From Planctomycetota bacterium (lineage in GTDB: Bacteria; Planctomycetota; Phycisphaerae; WQYP01), in assembly GCA_021851715.1 (NCBI GenBank), contig JAJZCR010000002.1, positions 529 to 64,528 on the forward strand: a stretch of DNA of 64,000 nt, written 5' to 3'. This document shows positions 26,381-35,229 of this stretch, piece after piece. Position 1 is the stretch's first letter. Each line of letters starts with the position of its first letter. Both the position numbers and the translations under genes were made by a program. The notes under the pieces were generated by a model that ran no database searches, had not been told where the DNA came from, and worked only from the letters and a program-made list of their open reading frames with translations.

Positions 26381-28020
26381 TTGTGGATTGAAACTCGCTG
26401 CGCCGCAATGCGTGCGATCCGATTATCTTTCGTTGCAAGAAAGCCTACTCGCAGATCCACCCGCAAGGTTTCCCAGAACTCAAAACGCGACGACCGGAAG
26501 AATTGGGCCTCCATCCGGTGCCGTAGATTTGAGGCTTCGCCAACATAAAGGTGCCGGCCAGTTCGGTCTTCCAGCCAGTACAGTCCCGGATCCGTCGGGA
26601 CGCGGCCAATTTCAAGATCAAAGGGATTTTCGTCCATTCTTGGCCTGGGGGGCAGGCGGTACGGCGACAAGAGTCGGTGCGTCTTCTGCGATTCTTTTCG
26701 GAATCGCAGGGCCATCCACCGAATCCACAGGCAGGGTAAATTCTCCGGGATCATCCCCTGTACGTATTCATCAAGCTCCTTTGCCCGGGCTGGATCACAG
26801 AGGATGGTGTCGAGCGACTGCTTTTTTTCAAATCTGGCCAGCGCAATTTCAAACGCAAACTTGTAATACTCATATTTTTGGCTGAGGGCCGCAGGCACCA
26901 CCGTTGGCTTGGATTCCGGCAACCCCGACTTGCGTTTGCGGATGTTGAGTAAACGCCGATTCCAATCCGCAATATCGCCCGGCAAGCCAAGCCGTCGGCA
27001 AACCACCCCGAATTCCACGTTCATCTGTGGGTCCACGACCACCCGATCAGCCGAAAAGCCATCCCTAACGGTAAAGAACGCCTCCAGCAAGCCGCGCTCG
27101 ATTTCGGACCGGCCTTGTCGTTGCGGCACCGATGCCGCCGCCTTGATGCGTTGGCCATTGATACGCATAGTTCCATTGGCTGTGGAGGGGGCGGAGGTGG
27201 CGGGAACATCGGATCCCAGCAGTGGCTCGCCGACGTTGGTTTGATCCAATCGTGTCTGAATTCTCTTGGCATAATCGGGGGACAACTCAAAGCCGATAAA
27301 TTGCCGACCAAGTTTTTTGGCCACCGCCAGCGTCGATCCGCTGCCGCCAAACGGGTCCAGCACCGTTTCGCCTTCATTGGAGGAGGCCCTGATAATGCGC
27401 CCCAGCAACTGTTCCGGCATCTGGCAGCCGTGCCAGCCGGCACGCTCCTTAAATGTTCCGCACACGCGTGGGAAATACCATATATCTTCATGCGGCTGGA
27501 AACAGTCCGGGATATCTTGCGGACGCAGGATCCAGGTATCGTCGGGCAGGCGACCATCCGGATTCCCCCGGCTGTCGCCGTAAACCAGGGTTCTAGCTGA
27601 AGGTACGCGGATGGCGGGTATATTGAAGGTGAAGCGCTTCGGATCTTTTACGAAATGAAACAGATGGGTATGGCTGCGGGCAAACTTGGTTTTGCACTGC
27701 ACGCCAAAGGTGTAGTACCAAAGCACCCAACTGCGGCACTTCAGGCCCAGTTCGCGCTGAAAAATCATCTTTAATTCCGCTGCGAAATCGTCGCCGATGG
27801 CCAGCCAAAAAGTCCCGTCCGCCTTGAGCGCCCGCACCACGCCGGCCCCCCAACGGCGGGTCCAATCCAGATAATCTTCGGCAGCACGCTTGTCTTCATA
27901 AACATCGTACTGATAACCGATGTTAAAAGGTGGATCCGCGAAGACCAGGTCAATACTGCCTTCGGGAACAGCCCCCAGGCCTTCAATACAGTCCTGTTGA
28001 TAAATCTGGTTTAATTTCAC
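26320..28020 (-). CDS. Beta-class N6/N4 DNA methyltransferase (PF01555-like) fused to a ~270-aa C-terminal module ending in a degenerate GIY-YIG domain
   Basis: The N-terminal half reads QQDCIEGL...DLVFADPPFNIGYQYD (motif IV) then VLDPFGGSGSTLAVA (motif I). The C-terminal half reads GLYWLEDRTGRHLYVGEASNLRHRM ... AAQRVSIHKWKPLGN. Confidence 0.85.
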   Translation of the reverse strand: MKLNQIYQQDCIEGLGAVPEGSIDLVFADPPFNIGYQYDVYEDKRAAEDYLDWTRRWGAGVVRALKADGTFWLAIGDDFAAELKMIFQRELGLKCRSWVLWYYTFGVQCKTKFARSHTHLFHFVKDPKRFTFNIPAIRVPSARTLVYGDSRGNPDGRLPDDTWILRPQDIPDCFQPHEDIWYFPRVCGTFKERAGWHGCQMPEQLLGRIIRASSNEGETVLDPFGGSGSTLAVAKKLGRQFIGFELSPDYAKRIQTRLDQTNVGEPLLGSDVPATSAPSTANGTMRINGQRIKAAASVPQRQGRSEIERGLLEAFFTVRDGFSADRVVVDPQMNVEFGVVCRRLGLPGDIADWNRRLLNIRKRKSGLPESKPTVVPAALSQKYEYYKFAFEIALARFEKKQSLDTILCDPARAKELDEYVQGMIPENLPCLWIRWMALRFRKESQKTHRLLSPYRLPPRPRMDENPFDLEIGRVPTDPGLYWLEDRTGRHLYVGEASNLRHRMEAQFFRSSRFEFWETLRVDLRVGFLATKDNRIARIAAQRVSIHKWKPLGNYLNFKWPTPGAAA

Positions 28021-28140
28021 CGGAACCTCGTCAAAATGGTACCTGGTCTTGCCAGCCTAAGTCAGATGCTTGAAATACCGCATATTGACCGAACATTACA
28101 CTAACAACACTAGATAGAGTACCCAAGGGCTTCGCCGTTT

Positions 28141-29619
28141 TCAAGCGGCCTGGGCCTGGTGCAATCGCGCGTTAAGGTTGGCAATGGCGTTACCCAGAGC
28201 CTCATGATGGGGTCCGTCTGCGGCTACCCAACGCAGCAGCCAGCCGGTGGTCAAGCGGGTTTCCACCCGTTGATTGGCGGCGACCGCTGTGGAATGATTG
28301 CGGTCGCCTAAAATCCGGCCGATCTCCGGAAAGCTCAGATGGGAATGCTGGCGCATCAGATAAATGGCAATGGCCCTGGCACCGGCCACCAACTGGCTGC
28401 GCCGATTGCCCCGCAGATCGGCGGCGGCTAACCCGAAATAGCCCGCCACGGTTTCAATGATGTGCTCCGCTGATATAACCTTCGCCGCTCCGGCGCGGCA
28501 GCGCACCTGTTCGGCGATGACGGTGGCGGTTCCTCCGACGGTCTCCCCGGCTTCCACAGCCACCTCCAGCCCCGTGAGCACCTGCAGCAAGAGGCCTTCG
28601 AGTTCGCGGACGCTGGCGGCGGGGCTTTGGGCTACGTGCATGAGAATCGCATCGCTGACGGAACGCCGCAGCCGCAGGGCGTGGCGCCGGACGATTTCCA
28701 GGCGCGTGGGCAGGTCGGGTGGATCAATACGTGCCACCATGCCGCTTACGAACCGGCTCTGCAGGGCGTCCATGATCGAGGCAATCTGCCCGGGAGCGCA
28801 GTCGGATGCCAGCACAATGCGCCGACCCGCACCATCCACCTGGTTGAAAGTGTGCAGGAATTCCTCCTGGGTGGCCTGCTTGCGCGTGAAGAAATGAATA
28901 TCATCAATCACCAGCAGGTCACTCTGGCGAAGCCGCCGACGAAACTGGGAGGTTTTGTTTTGGCGGATGGCCTCGACAAATTCATTGGTGAATTCTTCGC
29001 CGGTAAGGTAAAGCCAGCGCTTCTGCGGAAACTTCTGGCCAAAGCGCCGGCATATTCCCTGCAAGAGATGGGTTTTGCCCAGGCCGCAGCGCCCATGAAT
29101 AAAAAGCGGATTACAGGTGTTTTCAGTTGACTCAGCGGCTTGCACCGCCGCCCGGAAAGCCATCTGGTTGGACGGACCGGCCACAAACTCTTCCAGCAGA
29201 TACTTGGGATTCAGTCTGCTCACGCCGACCGGCGGGCTGGCGGCACTCGGCGGATGAGCCTGCGGCGGAGGCACAACTGCATCAACGGCCGGCTCAGATC
29301 GCGGCGTGCCGGCCGGAGTCGCCACTTCCACCGTCACCTGCTCACCCAGAACCACCGCGGCGCTGTGCCGCAATTCCAGCATCAATTTGCCGCGAATCCA
29401 CTGTGCTGCAAATGAGCTGGTGGCAGCCACGGTCAGCTTCTGGCCGTCCATATACCAGCGGCACTTTCCGGCAAACCATTGCTGATAGCGGGGCTCACCC
29501 AGGCGTTGGGCCAGTTCATCCTCAATTTTAATCTGCACAGTTTTTTCAAGTTCCAATTCCTTCATTTCCGGCGCAGCGGGCAACATCAACAGACTCCTTT
29601 CCGGGCACCATTTCCCCAT
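28141..29619 (-). CDS. dnaA: Chromosomal replication initiator protein DnaA
   Basis: Walker A is GRCGLGKTHLLQ and Walker B is LLVIDDIHF. The C-terminal DNA-binding helix region reads FPEIGRILGDRNHSTAV. The true start may be M19 (nt 29565, MKELELEK...). Confidence 0.95.
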   Translation of the reverse strand: MGKWCPERSLLMLPAAPEMKELELEKTVQIKIEDELAQRLGEPRYQQWFAGKCRWYMDGQKLTVAATSSFAAQWIRGKLMLELRHSAAVVLGEQVTVEVATPAGTPRSEPAVDAVVPPPQAHPPSAASPPVGVSRLNPKYLLEEFVAGPSNQMAFRAAVQAAESTENTCNPLFIHGRCGLGKTHLLQGICRRFGQKFPQKRWLYLTGEEFTNEFVEAIRQNKTSQFRRRLRQSDLLVIDDIHFFTRKQATQEEFLHTFNQVDGAGRRIVLASDCAPGQIASIMDALQSRFVSGMVARIDPPDLPTRLEIVRRHALRLRRSVSDAILMHVAQSPAASVRELEGLLLQVLTGLEVAVEAGETVGGTATVIAEQVRCRAGAAKVISAEHIIETVAGYFGLAAADLRGNRRSQLVAGARAIAIYLMRQHSHLSFPEIGRILGDRNHSTAVAANQRVETRLTTGWLLRWVAADGPHHEALGNAIANLNARLHQAQAA

Positions 29620-29900
29620 TTCCAGGGCGGGAGCAAATATAAATTTTTACTACGTAACGAACCGTCATGGTTCTAAGACAGCCGGGGAGTCCTTTCCCCG
29701 GCCCACGGAGGCACAACCCGTGCTCCGTCACAACTTTCACCCGTCCACCGGTCGGCTGCGGATTTTCTCACGCGGAACCGTCCAGCTTGGACGATTGATT
29801 CTTGAGTGTCGTTTTAACATTCGATGAAAGTCCTGGCAATGGCCCGCTGCGGGAATTCTTTTGCACATGAACCAAAGTACGCGTGTCATCAGGGGTTACG

Positions 29901-29970
29901 ATAAAAAAAAATATTTTTTTAACCGATTTTCCACCTCCGTTTACGGCTTTGTGGATAAATCTGTGGATGA
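29901..29970. other. Candidate oriC core: AT-run (possible DUE) plus a DnaA-box cluster
   Basis: A 22-nt A/T run lies at 29901-29922 (ataaaaaaaaatatttttttaa). It is followed by TTTTCCACC (29927-29935, 2 mismatches), a perfect DnaA box TGTGGATAA (29950-29958) and TGTGGATGA (29962-29970, 1 mismatch), ~300-350 nt upstream of dnaA. Confidence 0.45.
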
Positions 29971-30182
29971 ATTGAATCGCCGCGATAAGTACGGGAAAGA
30001 CAAGTGGTTAGGCCATTTTTGTGCGCTTCGCCGGAATGTCTGCGGCAGCCCGGCCGCGGCCGGAATTTCACCCGGTGCGGCATGGCGCAGCGGCCAATTT
30101 CCGCAGTCGCCCGGCATAAACAGTGCCGGCGGGAATAAGGTTACGTATACTACAATTGAAAGGCGATAAAATTTCGGCGGGA

Positions 30183-30893
30183 TCAGCGCAGCAGGCGGCA
30201 GTGGTACACGCCGCCGGGCGGCATGTTCAAGGCCACAAGCTGAAACGATACGTGCTCAAACATGGCCTTGTACCAACGCATGTAGAACCATGGAACTTCC
30301 GTAATATTGCTGAAGACTCCGTGCGGCTTGAGATAATCGCGCACCGCGGCAAACATACGCCGCTGCACCGGCTCGGGTAAAGAGGGCGTGCCGAGGCCGC
30401 TGACGAAGTGATCCACGCCGTGGCGGGCCACATGTTGTGCGGAGAGAATTTCCGCCAGATCGCCGACATCTCCATGAATAATTTCCACATTGGTCCGGCC
30501 GGCGAAACGCTGGCGCAGAATACGTACAAAATCACGGTCCCGTTCGATGGCGATGAAACGGGTGTGGGGTTGCAGCCGTTGCAGGGCCTGCTGGGTGATC
30601 GGGCCGGTGCCGGCTCCCAGTTCCACAATCACGCGGGCTTGATCCCAGTCAATGGATTTGAGGCTGGCGGCGGCCATGAAGCGGCTGGAGGGCCACACCG
30701 AGGCGATGCGCGTGCCATGACGGAAAAACTTGGTCATAAACAGCAGGTTGTGGCGGAGCAGGCTCGGTTGCGGGGAACCGGCGTGAGGCACGGTATCGTC
30801 GGGGCGACCCTGGGTCGATTTGACGGGCATGGGCATATTCCTTTTAACGTTGCCAGCGGCTACACTGGGCACCAGCAGCCGTGGTGCGTCCAC
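30183..30893 (-). CDS. Class I SAM-dependent methyltransferase (COG3963-like, phospholipid N-methyltransferase / rRNA adenine dimethylase fold)
   Basis: Motif I is VIVELGAGTGPIT. Later features are IERDRDFV and the acidic loop IIHGDVGDL. An alternative start is ATG 30836. Confidence 0.7.
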   Translation of the reverse strand: MDAPRLLVPSVAAGNVKRNMPMPVKSTQGRPDDTVPHAGSPQPSLLRHNLLFMTKFFRHGTRIASVWPSSRFMAAASLKSIDWDQARVIVELGAGTGPITQQALQRLQPHTRFIAIERDRDFVRILRQRFAGRTNVEIIHGDVGDLAEILSAQHVARHGVDHFVSGLGTPSLPEPVQRRMFAAVRDYLKPHGVFSNITEVPWFYMRWYKAMFEHVSFQLVALNMPPGGVYHCRLLR

Positions 30894-31037
30894 TTATTTT
30901 ACTATACGGCATCGGCGAGAAATAAGCCAGTTCCGCGAGGCCTTAACCCAAGCGTGGCGAACGGTGGGACTTGCGAGAAAAGATATGGGCACGGCCACTG
31001 GCCGCGGCGCTGTTTCAGCAGGCCAAAGGGAACAGTT

Positions 31038-34000
31038 TCATCGACGGACACCGGCATGGTTCGGTCTTTTTCGGATGAGCATCAGCACGCCGACACTGCC
31101 GAGCAGCAGGGACAACGCCGCGGGTTCCGGCGTAGCCGATGACGTGGCAACGCCATTATTGAGCGCTGTGAAAAGAAGGCCATTGGGGTTGAGGCTGGTG
31201 GAGAACAAAAATCCAGAAGCCAAGCCGGTGAAGCTGTAGGAAACATCATTGAGGCTCACCGCCTGCGGCGGATCGATGACCTGAAAGGTCTGTCCTTTGG
31301 TGGGTGCGTAATGGTTGATAAAATCGAACTCTATGGTCGCGCCGGAAATGTTAACGCTACCTGTGGCATCAAGTTGCGAGGCCTGGCCCGCGCCGGTGCC
31401 GCCGATTGAGAATTTAAGCGTGCCGCCGCTCTGGATGAAATTTCCCGCAACGTCGAGATTCCCAGGTTTGGTCCCGCCGACATCCACCGTACCGGACGTA
31501 ACGAGCACATTGCCTGTGATCTTGCCGATGCCGCTTAATTTACCCCCGCCGGTTACGTAGACGTTGTTATTGGCGGTCGCGGACGGGGCACCGCCGATGG
31601 TGGCATATCCGCCGGATACATTCAGGCTACCGTCTTGCCACATGGCCACGGCCTGGGCAATGGTAAGCGTGCCATTGTTGGTGAGGCTTACGGAGCCATT
31701 GCCCCCGGCTTTGCTGCTGGTGCCGCCAATGACCAAATCAGTGGCCGCCAGATTCGATCCACTGCCATCAATGCTCAGCGCGCCATTGATGCCGGAGGTT
31801 TCAGCAATGTAAACGGCTCCTGTGCCGCCGGCGGTGGGGGTGCCGGTGGCCCCGCTAGCGATGCTCAATGTGCCGGCAGCCTGCTTGCCAATAATGAGAT
31901 CGCCCGCATATTGCACCGACGATTTTGCACCAGTTACGGTAAGCGATCCTACACCCTGTTTGCCGATGGTGAGCGAATCGCCGTTGGCGATCAGGCTCGA
32001 TGCGCTTTGAACGGTAACAGTGCCGGTGCCTTGGCTGCCGACGGTGAGGCTGCCGCCGATGGTCCAGTTGCTGCTGCCGCTGAGGGTTGCGGAACCTTCG
32101 GTTCCCGGCTGGCTGCCGAGCGTGGCGTCACCTTGATTGGCGAGCACCGCGCCTCCAGCCATGGCCAGCGTGCCGACTCCATATTTGCCGATGGTTAAAT
32201 CCTGGCTAAGCAACACCGACGATGTACCGTTGATATCCAACTCGCCGGTCCCGCCGGTGCTGGCCCCGCCGAAGCCCGATCCGGAGGCCAGAGTCATCGC
32301 ACTGCCGTTAAAATGCGCCCCGCCCGAAACGGCAAAAGTGCCTGACCCTGATTTTCCAATAGTCATATCGCCATTGAAAATCAAGTTGGAACCGCTGCCG
32401 GAAAGATTCAGCGTTCCGCTACCGGTGTTCTGCTCGCCAAGGGTAATGTCATTGCCTTGCACGGTCAGGCTGCCGCCGTCTTGAATGGTCAGTGTGCCGG
32501 TACCATAGCCTCCAACGGTGAGCGTACCGGCGTCGTTGACGGTGGCGTTATCAACGGTGGCGGTTCCCGTACCGGAAGCCTGCTCCCCCAGCGAAATGCT
32601 GGTGCCGGTGCTAAGCGCTGCGGAATCCTGCACGTTCAGAGTGCCGGTGCCATAACCGCCGATCGTCAGCGAACCCGCCGACATGATCGTGTTACTGCCC
32701 TGAACCGTGAGCGTGCCGGTGCCGCCGGCCTTTTCGCCCAGCGATACGCCGGCCCCGGAAAATATCGCGTCGGCGGCATTTTGCACAATCAGCGTGCCGT
32801 CTCCCTGGCCGCCGATGGTGACGGACGTGCCGCTGGCAATCAGGCGTGAGCCGTTGCCATCAAGTGTGAGTGTGGACGTACCGCCGCCGTCGGCAATGGC
32901 CAGGTTGCCGGCCAATGAAACCAGGCCGCCATTTTCCACCGACATAGTGCCGTTGCCCTTATCGCCAACTTTAAGCTCGCCGTTGATTTGCCACTGTGTG
33001 CCGGCATCGGTAATGGTGGCCGTGCCGGTGGAACCGCTCTGGCTGCCCAAGATGGCATCACCAGTAGTGGTGATTTGTGCGCTGTTGCTCAGCGTCAGGG
33101 TGCCCTGGCCGGAGTTGCCCACCGTGAGATCACCATCCACGGTCCATAAACTGTCCAAACCTGTAACCGTCGCTGTTCCAATCGCACCAGCCTGATTGCC
33201 AAGGGTGGCATCACCGGATTCAACCGTGCCTTGGCTTTGCACCAGCAGCGTGCCGTTGCCGGTGGAATAATCGCCAATGATGATCGCTGCCGTATTACTC
33301 AGTTTGCCGCTATTTTGGACAGTTATCATGCCGATCCCGTTTTCACCAATATCGGCCTTTCCTGAAATTATCCAAGAGGAACCCGGGCCTTCAATATTTA
33401 CAGTACTCAGCCCCGAGGTGCCTCCTGTCGCGTAGGCCGAGGACGCATATGCGCCCTCGCTGGTGACTTGACCTCCATCGCTTATAACAAGCACCGCGGT
33501 CCCACCGTTTCCCATTTCAATGTATGAACCTGAACTCCAAAGCGATCCGGATCCGGTCACCAAAACATATCCTGAACTTGATCCGACGGAAGTACCTGCG
33601 GCAATTAGCGATCCGTAACTACCCGATGATTGCGATGTTTTCAGAACACCGCCGCCGGTGACCACAACCGTTCCGGACCCACCTGACCCAACAATGATGT
33701 AACCATCCGCGCCGGTCTGGGTGACCGTGCCACCGGACTGGACAACCATCGTCCCGATACCAGCGGCAAGATGGGACGGTGATGGTGATCCAGCGTAGGT
33801 CTGTCCAAGGATGATAGCCTGATTATTGACATTCAGATGGCCGCCATTCTCGACGGTTATGAAACCCTGGCTCCCGTATCCCACCTCTAACGCGCTATTG
33901 GCGTCATTCCAGGTGCCGCCGGATACATCAACAATTCCGTATCCGCTTTGAGGCCCCCCGTAATCAAATCCGACTGGACTCAGGGAACTCCCAATGCCCG

Positions 34001-34592
34001 TGTTACCCCCGACAAAAGTTCCGTAACCCGCACCAGACCCGTAGGTGTTAAGCGTTCCACCCGAAGCAATCTTCAACCACCCGTATCCGGCGTTGCCCCA
34101 GAGGAAAAGACCATTGGGCGATTCATTATCTGAGCCGCCGTCAGTGTGTGGGGTCTCCCCGAAGGTATCTCCAAGAGCGTAAGGCGAACCCCTGCTGGCG
34201 ACGCCAATGATACCGCCGCCAGAGGAATAAACGTTATAATTCTGTTGATAAGATAAATAATTCTCCACGCCATTTTCAACGGTTACCGTCTGATTGATCT
34301 CGACTGGGGGCGTTGACATGAACGCCCCCGTATTCGTGTACGTAACGAAGGATTCAAAATTCGCTACCGTCATATTGGGGGAGACTATGCCTGTGCTTTG
34401 GACGTATTGGCCCGCAAGTATTTCGTAACTGCCGTCCCAGCTTCCACCATAGCCCTCGAGATACGGGCTGGGCGGTACGGGGGCAACCGGGACGGTTGAA
34501 GGTGATGAGGCCGCAGCTTTTCCCACCAAACAACCGGCCACAGCGCACGCAACGAGCAACGCCTGTTTCTTAAATAATCGACGCCTCGTCAT
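31038..34592 (-). CDS. Large secreted repeat protein with T5SS/PEP-CTERM-associated beta-strand repeats and a C-terminal PEP-CTERM sorting signal
   Basis: The signal-like N-terminus is MTRRRLFKKQALLVACAVAGCLVG. There are dozens of G-x-GT(L/A)T(V/I) repeat modules (e.g. GGYGTGTLNVQDSAALS, GGYGTGTLTIQDGGSLT). The C-terminus is TPEPAALSLLLGSVGVLMLIRKR. Confidence 0.85.
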   Translation of the reverse strand: MTRRRLFKKQALLVACAVAGCLVGKAAASSPSTVPVAPVPPSPYLEGYGGSWDGSYEILAGQYVQSTGIVSPNMTVANFESFVTYTNTGAFMSTPPVEINQTVTVENGVENYLSYQQNYNVYSSGGGIIGVASRGSPYALGDTFGETPHTDGGSDNESPNGLFLWGNAGYGWLKIASGGTLNTYGSGAGYGTFVGGNTGIGSSLSPVGFDYGGPQSGYGIVDVSGGTWNDANSALEVGYGSQGFITVENGGHLNVNNQAIILGQTYAGSPSPSHLAAGIGTMVVQSGGTVTQTGADGYIIVGSGGSGTVVVTGGGVLKTSQSSGSYGSLIAAGTSVGSSSGYVLVTGSGSLWSSGSYIEMGNGGTAVLVISDGGQVTSEGAYASSAYATGGTSGLSTVNIEGPGSSWIISGKADIGENGIGMITVQNSGKLSNTAAIIIGDYSTGNGTLLVQSQGTVESGDATLGNQAGAIGTATVTGLDSLWTVDGDLTVGNSGQGTLTLSNSAQITTTGDAILGSQSGSTGTATITDAGTQWQINGELKVGDKGNGTMSVENGGLVSLAGNLAIADGGGTSTLTLDGNGSRLIASGTSVTIGGQGDGTLIVQNAADAIFSGAGVSLGEKAGGTGTLTVQGSNTIMSAGSLTIGGYGTGTLNVQDSAALSTGTSISLGEQASGTGTATVDNATVNDAGTLTVGGYGTGTLTIQDGGSLTVQGNDITLGEQNTGSGTLNLSGSGSNLIFNGDMTIGKSGSGTFAVSGGAHFNGSAMTLASGSGFGGASTGGTGELDINGTSSVLLSQDLTIGKYGVGTLAMAGGAVLANQGDATLGSQPGTEGSATLSGSSNWTIGGSLTVGSQGTGTVTVQSASSLIANGDSLTIGKQGVGSLTVTGAKSSVQYAGDLIIGKQAAGTLSIASGATGTPTAGGTGAVYIAETSGINGALSIDGSGSNLAATDLVIGGTSSKAGGNGSVSLTNNGTLTIAQAVAMWQDGSLNVSGGYATIGGAPSATANNNVYVTGGGKLSGIGKITGNVLVTSGTVDVGGTKPGNLDVAGNFIQSGGTLKFSIGGTGAGQASQLDATGSVNISGATIEFDFINHYAPTKGQTFQVIDPPQAVSLNDVSYSFTGLASGFLFSTSLNPNGLLFTALNNGVATSSATPEPAALSLLLGSVGVLMLIRKRPNHAGVRR

Positions 34593-34625
34593 CTGACTGC
34601 ACTCCGGTTAACGGTGGCTACAAAT

Positions 34626-35174
34626 GTAACGGTTCACGGCCATTCAGCCGGCGATCATGAGGCTCCGCCGCCGTCGGCCGGTCTGGAGATTGCTCGCGAG
34701 CAGCTTGGCACCGGCGGCGGGAATTGCGTGTTCATGTCCATCATTCGGTTGACGCCTGGTACCCATTGCTTTGTACCCTTCCAAAATTAAAAAACAGAAA
34801 ATATGGTGCGTTTACTTACGGGCTTTTATGAATTTAGCGCGCATACTCCCTTCGTATAACTTTGCCAGAGCGGCAGGGCTGCAAAGTGCCACCCGGCGGC
34901 GCGAGATCGACGTAAGTTAACAACGTTAGCTGCGATTTATGCGACAAGTCCTGCCCGGGCGCTTATCTCCCGGTTATCCGGCAAAACCGGCCATCCGTGG
35001 ATATATCCATACAACACACCACCCAAAATCGGTTGCATGGCCTCCATAAGTTATAGTAGCGCGGGAACCGATAAAGTCAATAAAATCGCATTTCTCCTAA
35101 GGTTTGTGAGAATGATGCGCGGTCAGTCCCGATGGCTATCGGGATTGACTGGCTGAACGGCCGTGAACGGTTAC
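34626..35174. repeat. 549-bp AT-richer segment bounded by 24-nt imperfect inverted repeats (MITE-like or structured intergenic element)
   Basis: The left arm gtaacggttcacggccattcagcc (34626-34649) matches the reverse complement of the right arm ggctgaacggccgtgaacggttac (35151-35174) at 22 of 24 positions. Inside are a perfect 12-bp palindrome TGGATATATCCA (34998-35009) and a hairpin at 35122-35149. Confidence 0.4.
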
Positions 35175-35180
35175 CGCGTG

Positions 35181-35220
35181 GAAAAAGGCCCGCGCCGGTG
35201 CCGCCGTCAAGCGGCAGGCC
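35181..35220 (-). terminator. Putative intrinsic terminator downstream of glyA
   Basis: The minus-sense sequence is GGCCTGCCGCTTGACGGCGGCACCGGCGCGGGCCTTTTTC. It is a GC-rich imperfect hairpin (outer GGCCUGC/GCGGGCC, inner UGCCGC/GCGGCA) followed by a run of five U, 10 nt after the glyA stop. Confidence 0.35.
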
Positions 35221-35229
35221 GTCGCGGTG

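Noticed and set aside
29861-30169. A 102-aa plus-strand ORF in the dnaA upstream region.
   Set aside because: It spans the A/T run and the DnaA boxes, has odd composition (poly-Lys from the A-run), no RBS and no motif. The region is better explained as regulatory or origin DNA.
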